Shown: positions 56,066 through 64,000 of the stretch, one piece after another
How positions within the stretch are numbered: the stretch's first letter is position 1
Layout of the letters: every line of letters starts with the position of its first letter
Source of the DNA: the human T2T-CHM13v2.0 reference genome, Homo sapiens
DNA: 64,000 bases
Assembly (NCBI RefSeq): GCF_009914755.1
Contig: NC_060925.1
Direction: 5' to 3' (one strand)
Notes under the pieces: model-generated
The model's input: the letters and a program-made list of their open reading frames with translations, nothing else
Databases searched by the model: none
Told to the model about the DNA's origin: nothing
Position numbers and translations under genes: made by a program

Positions 56066-57571
56066 ATTTCCTCTTTTCTGAGTGGTGCCTATTGCAAGTC
56101 TTTAAATATATACTTAGACTGGTTAGCTCTGACTAGATTAACCTACATGCTGATCCAATAACTTTACAATTAAATGGATTTTTAAAAAATCTCTAGATGG
56201 GATGAAGCAGGTTAAGTGGGTAGGCCTGATGTGGAATAGAGAGCCTGAAGAGGCACAGTGGAGAAAAGTGATAAAGAAGGGACTGGGAAATAAAGAATCT
56301 GGGAAATATATGGACTCTTAGAAAGAGGAAGGGTTAATAAAATTTAGGGAGCTCAAACCAATGAAATGCCTGTAGGAAATTAAGATTTTTGAGGGGACTC
56401 TTGAACAAGGATTCAAAGATAAGAGCCGCTAATTTTAGGTGTTATGGTAGATTATGATATGTACCATTTCCTTGAACTTGGAGATATCCCTCTAGCTAAT
56501 TCAGACAGCATCCTAAAGAGAAGAAGGAGAAGAGACAGATATTATCCAACAGATTAAAGTCCAAGTTCAAGAAAAAAAATTAACTTTACATAGAAACATT
56601 AACTCCAATTATATGGCCAATCAAAAATTTGCCTGCTTCTCTGCAGTTTATGCACAAAGAATCTATATTGAATTAAAAAATAATTTATATACATTATAAA
56701 ATTATTTCAGATTGTGCTGGTTCCTGGAAGCCACTGAAAATGAGAATTGGGGTCCTGTTCCTCAGATCCAAAGGGGTCAAGTGTTCTCAGTCCCTTGAAT
56801 GATGTTTCTAGAAGAGACTGGTGGCAGAGGTACCCACTCTCTATTACAGAAAAGTGTTTTCAGACACTTTACCTCACTATCTATTATGCCATATTTATGT
56901 TTATAGTTTCTGTCCTCTTAAACTGATATTTTATTGTTAACCTAGAACTGAGTGTGTGGGGAAGAGAGTATGAAAGGCAGTTCTCCTACTGCCAAGTCTG
57001 GTAAGCAAGGGACATTGTAAGAGCGAAGGCAACATGGGAACCACAAATGCAGTCAGAAACATCATTTCTTCTTTTCTCTTACTCCTTCCTGACCCCTAAA
57101 TATGGCAAACAAAACTGGTTCTAACTTTTTAATTGCCCCTTCCAAAGACCTTGAGGAGCAGAAGAACCATTGGTATACTCAGAACCAATGAGGATGATGG
57201 AAGCTTTACTTAAATAGTGTAGCATATCTGCCTCTGAAAACTGGAGGATTAGTCTGACTTAGGAAGTTATGAAGGTAAATGCTATACAATCCAACCAATG
57301 TCTGTTCTTTCTGTTTGGGGCAAATTGAAATCTATTCATGAAAGGACTTTGTAGCTGCTAAAAAGAATAATTAATAGTCAATGGGATTTCATATGACATG
57401 TGTTTGTTACAGATATTGTTTGACTTCCCAATTTCTCATAAGACAGGCGTTAGAGGAAATATAAACTCTCATACTTGAAACTCTCCAACTGTGCTTTATT
57501 CATCATTCTAGTTACCTTATTACTTCCAAAGTTCCAATTACAATGATTTATGTTCTAAGGAGGCAACTTTT

Positions 57572-57795
57572 TTGTTGTTGTTGTTGAGATGGAGTTTTGC
57601 TCTTGTTGCCCAGGCTGGAGTGCAATGGCGTGATCTCAGCTCACTGCAACCTCCGCCTCCCAGGTTCGTATTTTTAGTAGAAACAGGGTTTTACTACATT
57701 GGCCATGCTGGTCTCGATCTCCTGACCTCAGGTGATCCTCCCGCCTCAGCCTCCCAAAGTGCTGGGATTACAGGTGTGAGCCACCATGCCTGGCC
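57572..57795 (-). mobile_element. AluSq/Sp-like with ~70-75 bp internal deletion
   Basis: ctcccaggttc joins directly to gtatttttagtag. TSD aaggaggca(a/c)ctttt at 57557-57571 and 57796-57810. Confidence 0.93.
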
Positions 57796-58919
57796 AAGGA
57801 GGCACCTTTTGAAGTTATCAGCTCTTTAAAGAGCACAAGTGGATGCTGAAGAAACAGGTAACTTATTTGGCATATGGGTTTTATAATTTTGATGGCATTT
57901 TTAAATACTGTGCCCATTGAATCACAGAGAATTGATGTTGAAGAAGCAGCTGATAGTGTATCACTCAATCAATAAGCATGTAATGGCAACAGTTACTCAA
58001 TTTGTGCCACTGCCATGGAACTCTGTAGGAAGATCTGTGCTAATTTTAGTCATCAGAAAAAGATATTGATGTCCTTGAAGAGGACGTTTTAGTATTAGTT
58101 TTATTAGGGAATAGAAAGCCTCTTGTCCTCAAAATCTCTTTCCACATTATCTCATTTGATTCTCCAACCAACTTTTTAAGACAGATGTACTATTGTGACC
58201 TCTATTTCACAGATATGATAGCAACTAACATTTATATAGTGGTTTCTAGTTTCTGATGTGCTTCCAGGGTCTTCTTCACAATTACATCTGAGGTGGGATG
58301 AAGACACTAGGGCTCAAAGTGCTTACTCACGTAGCAACCCCCCAGGTGTCTGTCTTTGTCACTGCTCCTACAAGGGCACCATCATCTCCCCTGGTAATTT
58401 TTTTAAGAATAACAGAATGTTTATCAACAATATTTTAGATAACTTCAAATCTATTCGGAACTATTTATTTAAGCAAATATCCTCAGAAACCTGGAGCAGT
58501 GTCCCAGTAATCAGTGGCAAGATTGCATAGCCATTCCAAGTGTGAAAGTCAAATTTGTAAAATGTCATTTTTGGGAAGAATTCCTCTTGGTAGCCAACTA
58601 TTGCTGCTCCAATCTCAATGCTCCATAAATATATGAATACAAGAAAACTCTGCCTTTCCGGCAGTCTCCAGATGAAGATTCAGTAATGGCATCTTCTAAA
58701 ATTGGCATGGGATCACAGTTTGCATACATTTATTATAAAATATATGACCTGATATCTGTGAACAGTAGGAATTGATAATGTCTGCTCTTGTAGAAGGTTG
58801 TGCTAAGTCAGATGATGGCCAAGTCATAGATATATGTCCTGAATTCACAAAACAAACATTAAGCCTGCGCTGCTCATCCTCAGCCAACAAATATTTGCTA
58901 CTTGTCAACTATGTACCAG

Positions 58920-59762
58920 TGAGAGGGGAGAATTCCCTTGACCCCTTCTTAGGACACAGAAATGGGGTGGCTCATTTACTCAGCTGCTGTGCTCAGTGCT
59001 TTATGAGAGGGAGCCCATGAGTGGACGGGTGCGGGAACCAGAGTGAACAAAAGCTGGAACTGGCCAGTTACTCCTGTCTAGTGGGGAGCAGGCTCTGTGT
59101 GGGCCTTGTGGCAGCATCCAAGTGTTATGATGCTCTTTTAGCTCTGCTTTCCAGTAGGGGGTGTCTATGACCCCCCCCACCCCCAGATCACAAAAGGATG
59201 TGTGTTACAGTCAGTGCTCTTTTAGCATTTGCTGTCCATGGACAGCTAAGTGTTAACCAGCTCAGTGGAGGGTCAGGGTGACAGCCTTTTATATCCTTCC
59301 CTTTGGTATCCAAGTTCTTGTCCAGCGTCCAGGAAGAATTAGGTCACACAAATACATTGAAGGGTGGTGAATGTGAAAGACTTTATTGAGCAATGGAAGT
59401 GGCTCTCAGTGGGAAGGGGAGCTAGAAAGGGGGCAAAGTGGGAAGATAATCTTCCCCTGGAGTCCAGCCCTCCCTGGCTGAGCTCCTCTCTGATTATCCC
59501 TGGCAGAACTCCTCTCTGACCATAATCTCTGATGTCCAGCTGCTTCTTTTCTTGTGTGTGTGTGTGTGTGTGTGTGCTGAGTCTGGGGTTTGGGGTTCTT
59601 ACAGGCACAGGATAGGAGGTGGGGTGAGCCAAAAGGCAACATTTGGGCAAGAAAACAGGGAGAGTTTGCACTTTGGGCCAAGGGTCCAGGCTTGAGGGTG
59701 GAGTCCTTGCCAAGGACCCCGCCCTCTTCTACCAAGTATTTCCCTGCCTCCAGTCCGTATCA
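58920..59762 (-). mobile_element. LTR1/LTR28-type ERV1 solo LTR inserted in an L2 end
   Basis: The minus strand starts tgatacggactggaggcagggaaatacttggtagaagagggcgggg. 4-bp TSD ccag at 58916-9 and 59763-6. Internal (TG)12 at 59553-59576. Confidence 0.88.
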
Positions 59763-61026
59763 CCAGTTGCAGTACTAGGCATGTGAAAGATTTAGATGTG
59801 AATGAGACAAGATTCCTGAATTGTTAAAAGAATGAGAAAAGCATATATGTGAAAAATATTAGCATTCTATAAATACTAAGCACTCATTGAACATAACACA
59901 GAATTTATAATCTCTAAATAAGTATAACGCTATATTATTATTACTAGTAATTTTTATTACTGCCATATTATCTGTTGTTAATAGTGATATTTATGACAAT
60001 ACTCTAATTTATGAGCTAATATTCAGATTCATACTTCGTCTTTTAGTATTAAAAAATCAAACCACAGAAAGCTAATTAGTAACATTCCACAAGATATAAT
60101 TTTATCTTTTCAGAGTACTACTCTAGGCCTTGAAGCCATATCTAAAGAGACTGGCTTTTTTAAAAAAATTGAAGAAGTGATATTTTGCTGTGGATCGTTG
60201 GATTAAATCCAGTCTTCTCATTCTTACTTCCATAATGTGTATTGTGATAGATCTTGAAAATGCATTTAATCTCTTGGCTATTGTTTGGTTGCTTTTTAAA
60301 ACCGTTACTGGCATGAGTTTGCTTTGGCAAACCTAAGTGTGTGGGCACTGAGCTAAGATTCATGGTGAAAGGAGAAGCATTGCGGATGGGATGTTGGAAT
60401 TATAATTCAAATTTGGTTAGAGATTGGGCCTAAAAGTAGGCGTAAAATTTCAGGCTGAATGTAGACGCGCAAGTGAGTAGGAAGTATAAGAGAGAGCTGC
60501 TAAGACCAGTGAGAAATATGCAGCTCTATCTCCCCTATGCCACAGTCAGTCTCAGAAAATAGAAACATTCAATCAACTGATGATCATGCTTCTGAAATTG
60601 TTTTCACTGATTCTCCTTATCAAGACTTCCCCCACAGACCTGGGTGTTGTGCCAACTCTAAAGCTAAGCACACTCTCTGCGTTTCTAGCTGAATTGCTAG
60701 AGATTGAGACCAATCTCCATGGGTAGAATGTGGGATGGATGGGGACAGAGGAAGAGAAAAGACAAACAGCTATTCCTCATTAGGTGATGAAGGGCTACAG
60801 TCACTTGTAGAACGGATCAATGTATTTTTGAGTATCCCTCTAGGTCCACCCAAATGATTTACAGTCCTCAATCATTCCTGCCTTCACTTAGTGAAGAAAA
60901 AAATGGATCTCTTTTTTTAGTCATACTTTATACCATAGCCAAAGCAGGAAAAGATAGAAATCTATCTGCCTACAAGACATGGAGGGCCCTCTAATAAGCC
61001 AGCTATTTCCCCTCTCCTCAACACAT

Positions 61027-61028
<2 letters not shown>

Positions 61029-61063
<35 letters not shown>
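61029..61063. repeat. (AC)17 microsatellite
   Basis: Read directly from the sequence. Confidence 0.97.
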
Positions 61064-61068
<5 letters not shown>

Positions 61069-62184
61069 ATACATAAACACACATTTTGACCTTAGTGGAG
61101 GAGAAGGCACAGGATCTCCCCTCTCTCCTGGCTGCTGGTTCATGACCAAAAACCCAGACAGGGCCCTCCTTTACTTCAGCTCTCTGAGCTCTGCTCCTCC
61201 TGCCCACTGTCACATACTTACCTCTCACCTAAGTCTTCCTCATTAGTAATTCATCTTGAATATGCATCATACTAAATCTGACCTTGTTTGATATTTATAT
61301 GAATTCCCAGTTTCTGTTAGATGTCCTGAATTTCCTTTGACTTCATCTCTATCTTTACTACCGAGCAATAATCACCTCTCTGCAAAACACAAGCACACAC
61401 ACATACCGACACACACAGCAAAATGCAAACAGGCATAGACACACACACACACACACACTCACCAAGAAAAGTCTCAAATTTTCAGCCCTTGGGCTTGGTT
61501 TTGTGCCACTATTGTATTCTTTGCCATCTTGATCTAAATGTGACCCATTAGAAGTGCTGCCCAATTTTATAGCTTCTTTGAGTCACATTTTAAAGCTCAT
61601 TACAGGGTCTAAAATGATTTGTATCGCCTCTCACTTTGAAATACAAGCTTTTTAAAAATAAAGTTTCACTATAAATAGAACTGCTCTGAAATTACATGTG
61701 GCACATAATTAAGTGATACACATTTAAGCACTCAGCTGTTTCATAATTCTCCAGGACCTGCTGCTGCTGCACTGAAATTCAGAAAATACACTGCCCTTAT
61801 TCTGGGCACACTCAAACCAATGAGAGATGTAGGCACAGATATAGTTCAGCAGGATGCCTTGTGAATAAACAATATTTGGAAGCAGAGAGCCCCATATCTA
61901 ATGGGTTTTCTTTCTTCAACTCAGAAGCACCAAGACATCAATGCCTGGAATCTTGACTGAGCAGTTGTTCCTCTGATGAACAGAAGCCGACCTTTCCTCC
62001 TGCTGGGAGAATAGCCTCTGCACTTTCTGATAAGTATCAGAAAAATTTATAGCTTGCACCAGAAGTGGAGCTTCTCCCTGGGTAGTAAATCTATTGACAC
62101 ACATAAGGGTTTTTCTGTCCTTGGCAAGCTTGAAGCCCAGAGACTACAGAAGAGCAACTAATGGAAGGAAAACATGTACAAGTC

Positions 62185-62445
62185 ACTTACCTGCTACAGA
62201 ACCTGCAGCTCCCCTTGCCTCTGCAGAGTGCCAGCCACAGTTACATTAGGAAGCGGCTAGTGTGATACTATCAATATTTAAAGGGGAAAGCGGGCATTGG
62301 TAGGAGGGGGTGTCAAGGGAGGGGAGGGATGAGAAGTAATCTTTTCAGAAACAGGCCAGAGAGTTTCTCCTTTCCTTCTCTAATAACTAATTGCTCTGAG
62401 CTCTGGGACTGAATGGTAATGCCTAAAGCAAGCCCTCAGGTAAGA
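62185..62445. promoter_or_regulatory. Candidate (bidirectional) core promoter with outward-facing 5' splice sites
   Basis: Minus-strand donor CAG|GTAAGT (62190) and plus-strand donor CAG|GTAAGA (62440). Between them: TATTTAAA (62275-82), CCAAT (minus, 62296-300), CACCC and G-tracts. Confidence 0.35.
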
Positions 62446-62834
62446 ACAGGAGTACAAAAAGAAGGGGGAAAGAATAGGATGAGGACTAAAGGAAAAAGAT
62501 GGAAAAGAGAAGAGAATGAGATGAAGAAAGAGGGAAACTGAGGAGATGGGTATATGGCAAGAAAAAGAGAAGCAAGAGAAAGAAGAAAAAAAATGGATGA
62601 TAAAATGAAACAGAAAAGCAGAACAGAAAAAAGATTTATCTAACCTGAGCATAACCAAATACTTGTTTAGTATAGTCTTGGTGAAGATTTTTTCACTTTC
62701 CTAGTCAGAGGGGAAAATAGATATGAATGATCATTTACCTCTGTAAATAGTGCTGAATGATACAGCATCATGGGAAGTTTCTCCGTCTGCTTTGCTCAAG
62801 AGACAGTCATAGAAGCATATTACATTAGCACTGA

Positions 62835-63085
62835 AATGAAATTTAGAGGTCATTCAGTTCAATCTCTTACTTAATGTAAGCTTTCTCCACAACTTTTCTG
62901 ATAATTAACTATCCATCTTCCTCCTGCACATCTCTTAAAGCAAGGGGGTCACTCCCGGAAAAGTTGTTTGTGTCAATTTCAGATAATGCTCAGATTTCCA
63001 AAAGTTCTTCATTCTTCTGAGTAGAAAACTGTTTCCTTAGAGCTTCCTTCCAATGGTACTCTTCTTTCTTCTGCAGTGACAAAGA
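62835..63085 (-). mobile_element. L3/CR1 3' fragment
   Basis: tttagaggtcattcagttcaatct...aaaagttcttcattctt...agcttccttccaatggt. Confidence 0.6.
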
Positions 63086-64000
63086 GGAGAATAGAAAAGA
63101 AACAAATAGAAAGGAAGGGAAAGAGGGACATTATGGTGGAACATCACACGATAACTAGAAAGAATATAAAAGGAAAAAATAAATATTTGAAAGAGATGTA
63201 AAAGTTGTGACTCTCAAAAAAAGGGAAATTGAGTAAGAAAGGATATAAGAAGATACATAACATAGAAGAAAGAGAGAGTGAAACATGGAAGAATGTTCAT
63301 CATCTAATTATTGTCATCTAATTAATTTTATTTTAATATTTCTCTAATGACTTTTATTCTTTTATGTCTTTTCCAAACTGGAACTTTATTGTCCTGAGGA
63401 ATAATGGCAGCAACTTAATTGTCTTTTTTTGTGTTATAATTTTGAAAGTGTTATTTTTCTCTCGTTTTCCAAATTTAAAAATGATGCAGTTAAATTTGTG
63501 ATTCTTCTGTCTAACATGGTCATTACGCGGTTGAAGATACAGTAATTGCTTTTTTTTTTGTTTTTCAAGTGTTAATGATTTCTGTACTATAAATAAACTG
63601 GATGTTCTCTAGTTGTTCATAAACAACTTCCATCTGGGGTTCAAAATTATAATGGTTTTGGCTTGGTTCATATTTATGTATTGCTAGCATCTGAAATCAA
63701 CTAAAAGGAGAGATTTTATCTACCACTGACTTGTTCCTAGCCACAGTTTCTGATTTTCAAATCGTTTCAAAATACTCTGCTCATTTGTATCTCCTTACAG
63801 CAAATATAACTTTATAGAATCAACATTAATTTTTAATTTATTCTCTAAGCAAAATAGGAAGCCTTAAGTATGTAGTATTAACCGTGGAGGGAACCTCTTC
63901 ACGTAAGATACATTAGGTTAAAAAAACTGTAAAGTCAATGGCTACATTAAAGAGATTATACCCACTTGAAGGATTTTTTTAAACTTCAGTTTTTCTGTCT

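Noticed and set aside
58470-58720. Possible LF-SINE/AmnSINE-like ancient element (ggcagtctccag...)
   Set aside because: The similarity is too short to support without a profile search.

Overview
This is 64 kb of AT-rich, CpG-depleted primate genomic DNA. It is almost certainly human, because it contains an L1HS-type insertion. I can support no protein-coding gene. Most long ORFs fall within Alu, L1 or LTR sequence or low-complexity DNA. The only recognisable protein is L1 ORF2p (C-terminal fragments). Roughly half or more of the window is transposable-element derived: about 11 Alus (J and S types), L1s from L1M-age to L1HS, about 15 solo LTRs (MLT1, MST/THE1, MLT2, LTR16, MER74, MER31, MER39, LTR1-type), DNA transposons (two Tigger3b, MER5, MER53), MIR, L2, L3 and a probable MamSINE1. 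Subfamily names come from recalled consensus sequences, not from a search. Points worth following up: (1) a human-specific L1HS-Ta-like element with a mutated ACA diagnostic and no canonical TSD, in a three-layer nest; (2) an adjacent inverted MER74 LTR pair able to fold into a ~175-bp stem; (3) a ~168-bp templated duplication inserted into an old L1; (4) a candidate bidirectional promoter near 62.2-62.45 kb; (5) a strong CTCF motif at 14.8 kb; (6) two inverted Tigger3b copies; (7) three 5'-inverted (twin-primed) L1s. I see no evidence of a new multi-gene biological system.
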